Shown here piece by piece: positions 11,464-24,705 of a stretch of DNA of 64,000 nucleotides. The stretch spans positions 992,001 to 1,056,000 of the forward strand of contig CM059432.1 of the NCBI GenBank assembly GCA_030390025.1, in the 5' to 3' direction. This stretch comes from Squalus acanthias (lineage: Eukaryota). The notes below the pieces were generated by a model that saw nothing but the letters and a program-made list of their open reading frames with translations, did not search any database and was not told the DNA's origin. Position 1 is the stretch's first letter; every line of letters begins with the position of its first letter. The translations under genes and the position numbers were made by a program.

Positions 11464-12285
11464 GGGGCAAAAAATTCAGTTGGTTAGCGCCTCCCGTTAG
11501 CGCCTGGTGGGGGCGCTAATGAGGCGCTGATGCAATAGCGCCGGGGCGAGGTGAATCCAGCGAGGCACGCCAAATCCGCCCCCCGCCCCCGTAGCGCCGC
11601 CGCTAACAGTTATGCCAGGGACTTCAACGGCAGGCGGATCGTTACGTCAGTGAGAGTACAGCGCTCACTGGGCGCCCGATCTGCAAAATTCATTTTCGGC
11701 CCCTACCTTAGCACCTCACTCAGACAGCGACAGGGAGAGGAGGCGTCAAAGCAGGCGGATGCCGGCTCCAAGGGCGGTATTTAAAGGCATCCTCAGTAAT
11801 GAGTCGCAGCTGTCAGGTTAGTGGTGTTTCACTGCTTTCTTGCCAGTTTGACATTGTGAAACCAATTCATTCAATCATTTAAAGGTTGTTTAGTATCAGG
11901 AGTGTTGTGGCTACTAAAATTTGTTACATTTATTCTCACAACATATCAAACTGCTACACTTGGTTACATTATTGGGGGCTGTACTGGCAGGATCTACTGC
12001 GGAGGGAGCGAGAAAGATTGGAACATGTGGCCAGAGGAAGGAGAAGAGCCATGTGGGCTCTCAACAGGAGGCCTTACCCACTGAGGGTATTCCGAGAGCA
12101 CTTCTCCTACCTCCAATTAAGCGAGGAGCCGTGTATTAGAAAGCTCCGCTTCAGCAAGGAGGTGGTCACAGAACTCTGCCACCTCCTGCAACCAGACCTC
12201 GAGCCTCAGATCAGGGCGACCACGGCTCTCTGTGGCAGTCAAGGCCACCGTTGCCCCCAATTTCTTCGCCAGCGGATCCTTCCAT
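11464..12285 (+). mobile_element. PIF/Harbinger left end with N-terminal transposase (HARBI1-like) fragment
   Basis: The terminus ggggcaaaaaattcagttgg resembles the left ends of the MITEs at 22692 and 59575. Peptide RPYPLRVFREHFSYLQLSEEPCIRKLRFSKEVVTELCHLLQPDL is followed, after a frameshift, by NFFASGSF. Confidence 0.75.
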
Positions 12286-12541
12286 ATATTTGAGCTACAG
12301 GGGAGTCAAGGGTTATGGAGATCGGGCGGGAAAGTGGAGTTGAGGCCAAGATCAGATCAGCCATGATCTTATTGAATGGCGGAGCAGGCTCGAGGGGCCG
12401 AATTGCCGACTCCTGCTCCTATTTCTTATGTTTTTAATCTGCTAATATTAAAAAATGCATCAATTTCACACAAGAATAGTACAATTTTTAATTGTTGATT
12501 TACTTTTAATGTTGCAATTTTACGTTTGTACTTTCATTTAG

Positions 12542-12703
12542 CATATGCAAATGAGGAAGTGGGACTTATACACGGGGAATAAGCAAAAGATTCCAGTTGT
12601 TTATAACCGACGGAGTAACACTGTCGTAGCTGATGTACAGGAACTACCTGACATTATTCGTGATTTGTACTGGTTAGCCCCGGAGTCTTATCTGGGAGAC
12701 AAG
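12542..12703 (+). CDS. LAMA3: Laminin alpha-3 exon (L4 domain)
   Basis: tttcatttag|CAT...AAG|gtgagt. Encodes HMQMRKWDLYTGNKQKIPVVYNRRSNTVVADVQELPDIIRDLYWLAPESYLGDK; 162 nt, phase 0-0. Confidence 0.93.
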
Positions 12704-13850
12704 GTGAGTGAAGTCTAAGGCTGTGGAATCTCAACATACGGTCATAAAATGTTATAGCGCAGAAACAGGCCATTTGGCTAATCAAGTCTGCGCTGCTGTT
12801 ATTCTCCACATGAACTACCTCGTCTAATCCCACTCTCTGACTCATTCTCCGTATCCCTTAACATTCCTCTTTTTCAATCAACTATTTAATTTCCTTTTAA
12901 AATGATTTATGGACTCTGCTTCAGCAGTAGTTTGTGACACAGAATTATAGAATCATAGAAATCGGAAATTTACAGCACAGAAGGAGGCCATTCGGCCCAT
13001 CGTGTCCGTGCCGGCCGACAAAGAGCTAGCCAGCCTAATCCCACTTTCCAGCTCTTGGTCCGTGGCCCTGTAGGTTACGGCACTTCAAGTGCATATCCAA
13101 GTACTTTTTAAATGTGATGAGGGTTTCTGCCTCTACCACCCTTTCAGGCAGTGAGTTCCAGACCCCCACCACCCTCTGGGTGAAAAAAGTTCTCCTCAAC
13201 TCCCCCCTAATCCTTCTACCAATTACTTTAATCCAAGCTCCCTGGTTATTGACCTTTCTGCTAACTACATTAACATCTGCTAACTACAATCTGTATCAAG
13301 ATTTTTTTTCTAACCTCCCCTTAAATTCCTTTTGTGATCATCTTAAATTTGTGCCCTCTCCTTAACATCGTGCTGACCAGTGCAAACAACCGGTCACTAT
13401 AACTATTCAGAACCCTTCATAATCTTGAAGACCTCTACCGAGTCACCCTTTAACCTCCTCAGCTCTACAATAACAACAGCTTGTATTATATAGCGACTTT
13501 AACATGGTAAAACGTCCCAAGGCGCTTCACAGGAGCGATTATCAAACAAAATTTGACACCGAGCGACGTAAGGAGTTATTAGGGACAGGTGACCAAAAGC
13601 TTGGTGAAAGAGGGAGGTTTTAAGGACCGTCTTAAAGTAGGAAAGAGAGGCGGAGCGGTTTAGGGAGGGAATTCCAGAGCTTAGGGCCTTGGCAGCTGAA
13701 GGCATGGCCGCCAATGGTGGAGCGATTAAAATCGGGGATGCGCAAGAGGCCAGAATTGGAGGAACGCAAAGATCTGAGAGGGTTGTAGGGCTCAATTCGC
13801 AATTTTTTCAACACTGATTTAAAAATAACTTTACATTTGTTTTCCTTCAG

Positions 13851-13952
13851 GTCTCATCATACGGTGGCTTCCTGACTTACCAAGTTAAATCCTTTGGCTT
13901 ACCGAGTGAAGGGATGACTTTACTCGAGAAAAGATCCGATGTCGAATTGAGA
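13851..13952 (+). CDS. LAMA3: Laminin alpha-3 exon (L4 domain)
   Basis: tttccttcag|GTC...AGA|gtaagt. Encodes VSSYGGFLTYQVKSFGLPSEGMTLLEKRSDVELR; 102 nt. Confidence 0.95.
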
Positions 13953-15824
13953 GTAAGTGCCGCTCTTTAAATATGAGGAACTAGAGGGTATAGGTGATGC
14001 AGAGTTAGTATATGGCACTGATATATGACCTGATCACAGAGGGGACATTAAAGTGCACTGTTCCCACTGCATTCAGTTCTGGGCACCGCACCTCAGAAAG
14101 GATAGAGAGTCATAATGGCACAGAATATATTGACCTTGGAGGCGGTGCAGCGCAGATTCACCAGAATGATACCAGGGCTAAAAGGGTTAAATTACGAGGA
14201 CAGGTTGCACAGACTAGTCTTGTATTCCCTCAAGTATAGAAGATTAAGGGGTGATCTAATTGAGATAATTAAGATGATTAATGGAGTTGATAGGGTAGAT
14301 AGAGAAAAACTATTTCCTCTGGTGGGGGGAGTCCAGAACAAGGGAGCATCACCTTAAAATTAGAGCCAGGCTGTTCAGGAGTGATGTCAGGAAGCACTTC
14401 TTCACACAAAGGGCAGTGGAAATCTAGAACTCTCTCCCCCAAAAAACTGTTGAGGCTATTGATGGATTTTTGTTGGGTAAGAGTATTAAGGGATATGGAA
14501 CCAAGGTGGGTAGATGGAGTTAAGGTACAGAACAGCCATGATCTCATTGAATGGCGGAACAGGCTCAAGAGGTTGCATGGCCTCCTCCTGTTCCTATGTT
14601 CTGAAGTACACTCACAATGTGCAAATGCAGTCAAGAAGAAAATTGTAATATGCATGTGCTCTGTTTCAGCAGCACTATTTTGCTCGAACATAACCTTGCA
14701 AAGTTGCTTTAACACTTTCAAATTGGAAGCAAGCTACACTGTGCCACACAACAATTGCCAAATTTCCTCGGCCATTCTTGCAGATACCAGCCGGAGTTAT
14801 GGCCAGAATTGAGAAGAACTGCTCATAAATAGTTAAGACCCGCTCCTTAAATGGCCAGTGTTAATTGAGGGTACGAGAACTCCCAACGCTCGGAGTTCCT
14901 GCTTTATCCGGCCATATGGGACCTGGTGTATCTATGGACCGTGGAATGGCAAGTGAGATGAGGTGCACTGGTCTCCAGAAGAGCACAAGTGAGGCCCCAC
15001 TAGATCATTAAAGCTGTAGTTGTGCTGTTTGGGACCTACCCCATTCTCCGATATCCTGGAGTGCTGGCCTTTATATCTCGAGGACTAGAATACAAGGGGT
15101 TAGAAGTTATGCTGCAGCTATACAAAACCCTGGTTAGACCACACCTGGAGCACTGTGAGCAGTTCTGGGCACCACACCTTCGGAAGGATATATTGGCCTT
15201 GGAGTGAGTGCAGCGTAGGTTTACCAGAATGATACCCAGATTTCAAGGGTTAAATTATGAGGAGAGATTACACAAACTAGGGTTGTATTCCCTGGAATTC
15301 AGAAGTTTTCAAGATATTAAATGGAACTGATAGATAGGGTAGATAGAGAGAAACTATTTCCGCTGGTTGGGGAGTCAAGGACGAGGGGGCATAGTCTAAA
15401 AATTAGAGCCAGACCTTTCAGGAGTGAAGTTATGAAATGCTTCTACACACAAGGGTGGTAGAAGTTTGGAACTCTCTTCTGCAGTTGATGCTGGGTTAAT
15501 TGTTAATTTTAAATCTGAGATTGATAGATTTTTGTTAACCAAAGGTATTAAGGGATATGGGCCAAAGGCGGGTATATGGAGTTAGGTCACAGATCAGCCA
15601 TGATCTCATTGAATGGGGGAACAGGCTCGAGGGGCTGAATGGCCTCCTGCTCCTATGTTCCTGTCGACTTCCTCATCTGCCATTCAAGTAAAGTCTCTCT
15701 TTGAAGATAGAATTGCAAATACTTTTAATATAAAAAAATCATACAACAACGAATATACACCACAATATAAGAAAATGTGAATGTAGACTTTTCATCGGGT
15801 AAATGTGGACTTTTGTTTTTTAAG

Positions 15825-15908
15825 GGTGAACAAATGACCGTTGTATATTTTGATCCACGGAATCCGCTTCCAGATCGAGTTTACCACGGACGAGTCCAAC
15901 TTCTAGAG
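15825..15908 (+). CDS. LAMA3: Laminin alpha-3 exon (L4 domain)
   Basis: tttttaag|GGT...GAG|gtaagc. Encodes GEQMTVVYFDPRNPLPDRVYHGRVQLLE; 84 nt. Confidence 0.93.
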
Positions 15909-16897
15909 GTAAGCGTAAAATTATTGATGATAGTTTGATACTCTATCATTATACTTAATCAACATTACATAGAATTTACAGCACAGAAACAGGCCATTCG
16001 GCCCAACTGATCCGTGCCGATGTTTATGCTCCACACGACCCTCCTCACACGCCGCTTCATCTCACCCTATCAATATATCCTTCTATTCCTTTCTCCCTCA
16101 TGTACTTATCTAGCTTCCACTTAAATGCATCTGTGCTATTCGCCTCAACCACTCCCTGTGGTAGCGAGTTCCACATTCTCACCACTCTCTGGGTAAAGAA
16201 GTTTCTCCTGAATTCCCTATTGGATTTATTAATGACTATGTTATATTTATGGCCCCTAGTTTTGGTTTCCTCTACACGTGGAAACACCTTCTCCACATCT
16301 ACCCTATCGAACCCCTTCATAATTTTAAAGACCTTTATTAGGTCACCCCTCAGCCTGTTCAATCTTTCTTGATAATTATAACCTCACAGTTCTGGTATCA
16401 TCCATGTAAAACATTCTTCATATGATACCGGTTAAAATATTGGAAACATGCTTAAAGTTCACTTAAAAATGAAATAAGAAAGAGGAAGCTGATGCGAGAT
16501 TTAATTGAGGTGTATAAATTTATGAGGGGCCGAGATAGAGTGGATAGGAAGGACCTATTTCCCTTAGCAGAGAGGTCAATAACCAAGGGGCACAGATTTA
16601 AAGTAATTGGTAGAAGGATTAGAGGGGAGTTGAGGAGAACTTTTTTCACCCGGAGGGTGGTGGGGGTCTGGAACTCACTGCCTGAAAGGGTGGTAGAGGC
16701 AGAAACCCTCATCGCATTTAAAAAGTACTTGGATATGCACTTGAAGTGTCGTAACCTACAGGGCCATGGACCAAGAGCTGGAAAGTGGGATTAGGCTGGA
16801 TAGCTGTTTTTCGGCCAGCACAGACAGGATGGGCCGAATGGCGGCCTCCTGTGCTGTAGATTTCTATGACTCTAATAGTTATCTGTTCTATTAACAG

Positions 16898-17128
16898 GAT
16901 AATTTTAGGCATGCTGTCATCAATACTCCAGTAACCAGGGAAGACTTCATGTTGTTGTTGAGCAACTTGGAAGATCTACAAATTAGAGCACTTTATTACT
17001 CACAAACACAACGCCTTTCCCTGGGCCTAGTTCAACTTGAGGAAGCCTCAGTTTCCGGAACTGAAAGTCCTGCTGCGAATGTGGAAGTGTGCTCGTGTCC
17101 ACCAAACTACTTGGGAGATTCATGCCAG
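16898..17128 (+). CDS. LAMA3: Laminin alpha-3 exon (end of L4, split LE resumes); last alpha-3B-specific exon
   Basis: ttaacag|GAT...CAG|gtagaa. Encodes DNFRHAVINTPVTREDFMLLLSNLEDLQIRALYYSQTQRLSLGLVQLEEASVSGTESPAANVEVCSCPPNYLGDSCQ; 231 nt. Confidence 0.95.
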
Positions 17129-17689
17129 GTAGAACCCTGAGATACATATTTTCTGTGATATGCAACACCTCAGTTTTTAATTTTTTTTGAAATATTGAAC
17201 ATTTAGATAATTGTATACAAAAGCAAAATACTGCGGATGCTGGAAATCTGAAATAAAAACAGAAAATGATAATTGTATGTTTTGCTGTTACTTGCCTGTG
17301 GCATAAACTGTTGTTTAAAATCCTACTTTTCCTGATTTTTAACATTGTGGAACAGGCATTCTTCTGAATGGGACCTGTTAACCTAATAACTATGTCACAG
17401 GGGTCGATTCTGCCGGGATAGAACTTGCTTATAAGTTAGTCTTGGAACTTCTTACAAAAGTGCATCGGTTCTTATTTCTGTACGACTTTACACCACAAGT
17501 CTGTGGATATGTAAAGATTCTGTTTATTGATAATTCTTAAAAAGTGTTAACGGCCTCAAATAACTTTTGTTTCCAGTTGTGGATATATTAGATTATTGGT
17601 TTAGCTTTTTTATACGTTGATTGTGTATCTGGTGGCCCAGTCTGCTTAGTAATGTAGCAACTGTACGGGCTAAATAAATACTACATTTT

Positions 17690-20600
17690 TAAAATTCATT
17701 TACGGGATGTGGGCATCGCTGGCCATTTATTGCCCATCCCTAATTGCCCTTGAGAAGGTGGTGGTGAGCCACCTTCTTGAACCGCTGCAGTCCGTGTGGT
17801 GAAGGTACTCCCACAGTGCTGTTAGGGAGGGAGTTCCAGGATTTTGACCCAACGACGATGAAGGAACGGCGATATATTTTCTAGTCAGGATGGTGTGTAA
17901 CTTGGAGGGGAACTTGCAGGTGATGATGCTCCCATGCGCTTGCTGCCCTTGTCCTTTTAGGTGGTAGAGGTCGCGGGTTTAGGAGGTGCTGTCAAAGTAG
18001 CCTTGGCAAGTTGCTGCAGTGCATCTTGTAGATGGTACACACTGCAGCCGTGGTGCGCCGGAGGGAGTGAATGTTTAAGGTGGTGGATGGGGTGCCGATC
18101 AAGTGGGCTGCTTTGTCCTGGATGGTGTCGAGCTTCTTGAGCGTTGTTGGAGCTGCACTCATCCAGGCAAGTGGAGAGTATTCCATCACACTCCTTACTT
18201 GTGCCTTGTAGATGGTGGAAAGGCTTTGGGGAGTCAGGAGGTGAGACACTCGCCGCAGAATACCTAGCCTATGACCAACTCTTGTGGCCACAGTATTTAT
18301 GTGACAGGTCCAATTAAGTTTCTGGTCAATGGTGACCCCCCCAGGATGTTGATGGTGGGGGATTCGGCGATGGTAATGCCGTTGAATGTCAAGGGGTGGT
18401 GGTTGGACTCTCTCTTGTTGGAGATAGTCATTGGCTGTCACTTGTGTGGCATGAATGTTACCTGCCACTTATCAGCCCAAGCCTGAATGTTGTCTAGGTC
18501 TTGCTGCATGCGAGCATGGACTGCTTCATTATCTGAGGAGATGCGAATGGAACTGAACACTGTGCAATCATCAGCGAACATCCCCATGTCTGACCTTATG
18601 ATGGAGGGAAGGTCATTGATGAAGCAGCTGAGGATGGTTGGCCCTAGGACACTGCCTTGAGGAACTCCTGCAGCCTTGGGGCTTAGATGATTGACCTCCA
18701 ACAACCACAACCATCTTCCTTTGTGTTAGGTATGACTTCAGCCAGTGGAGAGTGTTCCCCCTGATTCCCATTGACTTCAATTTTACTAGGGCTCCTTGAT
18801 GCCACAGTCGGTCAAATGCTGCCTTGATATCGAGGGCAGTCACTCTCACCTCACCTCTAAAATTCAGCTCTTTTTTAAAAATCGTTCATGGGATGTGGGC
18901 GTCGCTGGCAAGGCCAGCATTTATTGCCCATCCCTAGTTGCCCTTGAGAAGGTGGTGGTGAGCCGCCTTCCTGAACCGCTGCAATACGTGTGGTGAAGGT
19001 ACTCCCACAACGCTGTTAGGGAGGGAGCTCCAGGATTTTGACCCAGCGACGATGAAGGAACGGCGATATACTTTCAAGTCAGGATGGTGTGTGACTTGAA
19101 GGGGAACTTGGAGGTGGTGGTGCTCCCATGCGCCTGCTGCCCTTGCCCTTCTAGGTGGTAGATGTCGCGGGTTTGGGAGGTGCTGCCTTTTGTCCATGTT
19201 TGGACCAAGGCTGTAATGAGGTCTGGAGCTGAGTGGCCCTGGTGGAACCCAAACTGAGCATTGGTGAGCAAGTGCCGCTTGATAGCACTGTCGATGACAC
19301 CTTCCATCACTTTGCTGATGATTGAGAGTAGACTGATGGGGCGGTAATTGGCCGGATTGGATTTGTCCTGCTTTTTGTGGACAGGACATACCTGGGCAGT
19401 TTTCCACATTGTCAGATAGATGTCAGTGTTGTAGCTGTACTGGAACAGCTTGGCTAGAGGCGCGGCTAGTTCTGGAGCATAAGTCTTCAGCACGACAGCT
19501 GGGATATTGTCGGGGCCCATAGACTTTGCTGTATCCAGTGCGCTCAGCCGTTTCTTGATATCACGTGGAGTGAATCGGCTGAAGACTGGCTTCTGTGGTG
19601 GTGGGGACCTCAGGAGGAGGCCGAGATGGATCATCCACTCGGCACTTCTGGCTGAAGATGGTTGCAAACGCTTCAGCCTTGTCTTTTGCACTCGTGTGCT
19701 GAGCTCCGCCATCATTGAGGATGGGGATGTTCATTGAGCCTCCTCCTCCCGTTAGCTGTTTAATTGTCTACCACCCTTCACAACTGGATGTGGCAGGACT
19801 GCAGAGCTTTGACCTGATCCGTTGATTGTGGGATCGCTCAGCTCTATCTATAGCATGCTGCTTTCGCTGTTTAGCATGCATGTAGTCCTGTGTTGCAGCT
19901 TCCCCAGGTTGGCACCTAATTTTTAGGTACACCTGGTGCTGCTCCTGGCATGCTCTTCTACACTCCTCATTGAACCAGGGTTGGTCCCCTGGCTTGATGG
20001 TAATGGTAGAGTGAGGGATATGCCAGGCCATGAGGTTACGGATTGTGGTGGAGTACAATTCTGATGCTGCTGATGGCCCACAGTTGCTCATGGATGCCCA
20101 GTTTTGAGCTGCTAGATCTGTTCTGAATCTATCCCATTTAGCACAGTGGTAGTGCCACACAACACGATGGAGGGTGACCTCAGTGTGAAGACGGGTCTTT
20201 GTCACGACAAGGACTGTGCGGTGGTCACTACTACCAATGCTGTCATGGACAGATGCATCCGCGACAGGTAGATTGGTGAGGATGAGGTCAAGTAGGTTTT
20301 TCACTCATGTTGGTCCTCTCACCTCCTGCCGCAGGCCCAGTCTGGCAGCTATGTCCTTCAGGACTCGGCCAGCTTGGTGCTACCGAGCCATTTTTGGTGA
20401 TGGACATTGAAGTCCCCCACCCAGAGTACATTCTGTGCCCTTGTTACTCTCCGTGCTTCTTCCAAATGGTGTTCAACATGGAGGAGTACTGATTCATCAG
20501 CTGAGGGAGGGCGGTAGGTGGTAATCAGCAGGAGGTTTCCTTGCCCATGCTTGACCTGAAGCCATGAGACTTCATTGGGTCCGGAGTCAATGTTGAGGAC

Positions 20601-21152
20601 TCCCAGGGCCACTCCTTCCTGACTGTATACCACCTCTGGTGGGTCTGTCCTGCCGGTGATGGAGGAGTCTGGGACATTGGCTGAAAGGTATGATTCTATG
20701 AACATGACTAGTCTGTGGAACAGCTTTCCCAATTTTGGCACAAGATGTTAGTGAGGAGGACTTTGCGGGGTCGACTGGGCTGGATGTGCCGTTGCCGGTG
20801 CCGAGGTTGATGCCGGGTGGTCCGTCCAGTTTTATTCTTATTATTGTTTTTTGTAGCGGTTAGTTACAACTGAGTGGCTTGCTGGGCCATTTCAGAGGGC
20901 AGTTAAGAGTCAACCACATTGCTGTGGGTCTGGAGTCACATATAGGCCAGACTGGGTAAGGACAGCAGATTTCCTTCCCTAAAGGGCATTAGTGAACCAG
21001 ATGGGTTTACAACAATCCAATAGTTTCATAGCTTTTTATTCAAGATTTATTTAATTAACTGCCATGGTGGGATTTGAACTCACGTCTCCGGATCATTAGT
21101 CCTGGTCTCTGGATTACTAGTCTAGTAACATAACCACTATGCTACCATTCCC
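17690..21152 (-). mobile_element. Near full-length CR1-group LINE (APE endonuclease + RT), degenerate, with a tRNA-like 5' head and a nested same-family fragment (~18870-19187)
   Basis: Endonuclease motifs YRPPS, WVGDFNVHH, LDLILTN and SDH; RT motifs [34 protein letters not shown] and FADDCTV. A-box-like site at 21134-21147 and B-box-like site at 21070-21081. Confidence 0.88.
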
Positions 21153-21498
21153 GTTTATTTCTGCAGCTAATATTCTCAGTTACTTTTATTTGGTGTCAAA
21201 TCTCTTCAAATAATAAAAAGGAAAATGTCTGGAGTATTGATTTGCTCACTGGTTGGAGAATTTGGGTTTGAACAAGGTAAAGATTCGTGTTGTAGCTGCT
21301 GTTTTCTTCAGTCAGTTAAGACTTTTATCTTGTCATTGGAGAAGTAGATTTTTGCTTCCATTCATTCTCTGAAGCTTTCAGTGCTGTGAGTGTCGCAGAT
21401 CCATTCAGTGAGACTGTGTGAATTGGATCATTTTACATTAATACCTAGCTCATAGTCTGATTGATTGTTATTGGTTTATTGCCTACTTTCTCCTCCAT

Positions 21499-22670
21499 AA
21501 TATCGCCTGTCTCCACCCCTGCCTCAGCCCTTCTGCCGCTGAAACCTTCATCCGTGCTTTAGTTACCTTTAGACTCGACTATTCCAATGCTCTCCTGGCC
21601 GGCTTCCCATCTTTCATCCCCCATAACAACAACTTACTTTTGTCGAGCACATTTAATGTAGCAAAGCATCCCAAGGCACTTCACAAGAGCCATATCAATA
21701 AAAACATTTTTGACACAGAGCCACAGAAGGAGTTATCAGGACAGGTGACCCAAAAGTTTGGTAAAAGAGGGAGGTTTTAAGGAGCATCTTAAAGCAGGAG
21801 AGAGAGGCGGAGAGGTTTAGGAAGTGAATTCCAAAGCTTAGGGCCCAGGCAGCTGAAAGCACGGCCGCCAGTGGTAGAACGATTAAAATCCGGGATGTGC
21901 AAGAGAGCAGAATTAGAGGAGCGCAGAGATCTCGAAGGCTTGCAGGGCTGGAGGAGGTGACAGAGATAGGGAGGAGCGAGACCACGGAGGGATTTGAAAA
22001 CAAGGATGAGGATTTTAAAATTGAGGCATTGCCGGACCAGGAGCCAATATAGGCAGCGAGCACAGGGGGTGATGGGTGAACGAGACTTGGAGCGAATTAA
22101 GATATGGGCAGCAGAGTTGCGAAGGGCCTGGCTCAGCTTCAGACAGTTGCCAGGAATGGAAACGGTGGCTTAAACTTGAGGTCATCCAAAGATCTGCTGC
22201 TCATATCCTGACTCGCACCAAGTCCCGTTCACCCATCACCCCTGTGCTCGCTGACCGACATTGGCTCCCCATCCGGCAAAGCCTCAATTTAAAAATTCTC
22301 ATCCTTGTGTTCAAATCCCTCCATGGCCTCCCCCCTCCCTATCTCTGTAACCTCCTCCAGCCCTACAACCCTCTGAGATCTCTGCGCTCCTCCAATTCTG
22401 GCCTCTTGAGCATCCCCGATTTCCTTCATCTCGCCATTGGTGGCCGTGCCTTCAGCTGCCTAGGCCGTAAACTCCGGAATTCCCTCCCTAAACCTCTCTG
22501 ACTCTCCACCTTTCCTCCTTTTTAAGACACTCCTTAAAACCTACCTCTTTGACCACCTGTCTTAATATCTCCTCATGTGGCTCAGTGTCAAATTCTGTCT
22601 GATAATGCTCCGTGGGATGTTTTACTGCGTTAAAGGTACTGTATAAATGTAACTTGTTATTGTTGTTTTG
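21499..22670. mobile_element. L2-type LINE 3' fragment (+) interrupted by a same-family copy (-, ~21624-22168)
   Basis: The + strand SRLDYSN-like region resumes at ~22170; the inserted copy is its reverse complement. Confidence 0.75.
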
Positions 22671-22691
22671 AGCAGGGGTATCCAAGCTTTT

Positions 22692-23584
22692 GGGGTAAAA
22701 ATTCAGTTGGTTGCGCCTCCCGTTAGCGCCTTAAGAGAGCGCTAATGGGGCGCAAAGCCGCTAACGCCCGGGCGCAGCGATGTTTGCGCCGCTCGGGAAC
22801 TTAACTAGAGATTGTGCAGCGGCGCTAAACTTTACCGCTGCGACCACCTGCGCGCGCAGATTGTGACGTCATTCCATGGTGCAACGCCCTTGTGGCGCCC
22901 CATAGCGGAAATTGAGTGGCGCCCCCTGCCTTACCGCCTGGCGCATCCAACGACCAGAAGACTGGAACGCTATCAATCGCTGTGGGGCTGGGGGGGGCGC
23001 TATTTAAAGGGGGCCTCTTCCTGTCTTTTATTGTTGGTGGCATTTTTGAACTACGCATTCTGAGAGCGAGAGGGAGAGACTTCTGGAGAGATTCAACGTT
23101 GTGTGAAGGAGTTTTGGGTACTGAGCAGCACTTTGCAGGTTCATTTTGATTTGCCATTCCTTGTATCGATTTAGCAGAGACTGTGGGAGCTGCACTCTGA
23201 GCTCTTTGCCTGGTACTCTCCATTGTTCTTTCCAGCACATTTGATGTGCAAGTCTCTCCAGGCTGAGATTCAAGGCTGCAATGAACAGGATGTGGATGGA
23301 AAGCAAGATTAACCATCCCCTTTAAGAACTGGCCCGTGCAATTGTGTGTGTGTTCCATTGCTGACTGACATTACATGAGCTTCGCCAGCGCTCTGAGTTA
23401 GCGCCTCACCCCTTGGCCTTTGCGCCTTAAGACAGGTGTGCAGCGCCTGATTTAGCGCTCCACTCACCTCCCGGGGCGGTAAAAGTGAAGTTTCCAGTCA
23501 GTGCCGATAATTAGCGCCAGGCGCTAATATTTGCGTCCAGACGATATTTGCGCCCCAAATGGGGCGCGACCTAATTTTTCCCCC
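22692..23584. mobile_element. Harbinger-family non-autonomous element
   Basis: TIRs ggggtaaaaatt / aatttttccccc with TTT on both sides; interior is closely similar to 59575-60417. Confidence 0.8.
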
Positions 23585-24705
23585 TTTCTCTTCCTGGGCT
23601 CCATGAGTGCATGCCACAGAGCCTCCAAGGCCATGTAGAAAGCTTAAGCCATTGATATGAACAAATCTTGGTGTTCTGATTTAGATTCATCCACTAGCCG
23701 TGGCTCAGTGAGTTGCACTCTCGCCACTGAGTCAGAAAGTTGTGGGTTCAAGTCCCGTTCCAGAGACTTGAGCACAAGGTCTAGGCTGCCACTTCAGTGC
23801 AGTACTGAGGGAATGCTGAACTGTCGGAGGTGCCATCTTTCGGTTGAGACATTAAACCGAGGCCCCGTCTGCTCTCTCAGGTGGATGTAAAAGATCCCAA
23901 GGCCACTATTTTGAAGAAGAGCAGGGGAGTTCTCCCCGGTGTCCTGGCCAATATTTATCCCTCGACCAACGTCACTAAAACAGAGGCAGGAGGGGCGATA
24001 ATCAGAGGACACAGATTTATGATCATTGGGGAAAAAAGCCAGGGGGGAGCGAAGGGGACATTTTTTTAACGCAGCGAGTTGTTGCGATCTGGAATGCGCT
24101 GCCTGAAAGGGCGGTGAAAGCAGATCCAATATTAACTTTCAAAAGGGCATTGGAGATATATTTGAAATGGAATCATTTGCAGGGCTATGGGGAAAGAGCG
24201 GGGGAGTGGGACTAATGGGAGAGCTCTTTCAAAGAGCCAGCACAGGCACGATGGGCCGAATGGCCTCCTTCTGTGCTCTATGAGATGAATAAGCAGTTAA
24301 TTTGTTTTGGTGGTATTAAGGGGGGAATGCTGGTCAGGAGAACTCCCTGCTTTTCTTTGAAAAGATTCATGGGACCTTTTATGTCCACTGGCATTGCCTG
24401 GGTTTAACATCCCATCAATAAGGATATTCCTCCAACATCACAACACTCCCTCAGTACATAGGATATACGGCACAGAAACAGGCCATTCGGCCCAACCAGT
24501 CTTGGCCGGCGTTTATGCTCCACTCGAGCCTCCCCTCCTCCCCTCGTCTTTCCTCATCTAAATCTATCCTGGAGTGGAATTTGAACCCACAACATTCTGA
24601 GCCAGAGGCAACAAGAGCTGCCAACTGAGCCAAGGTGCTCCTGATTAGTATAATGTGTGATTTTGTCTTTTTAAATTTTAACAACACCAACATGTATTTA
24701 TATAG

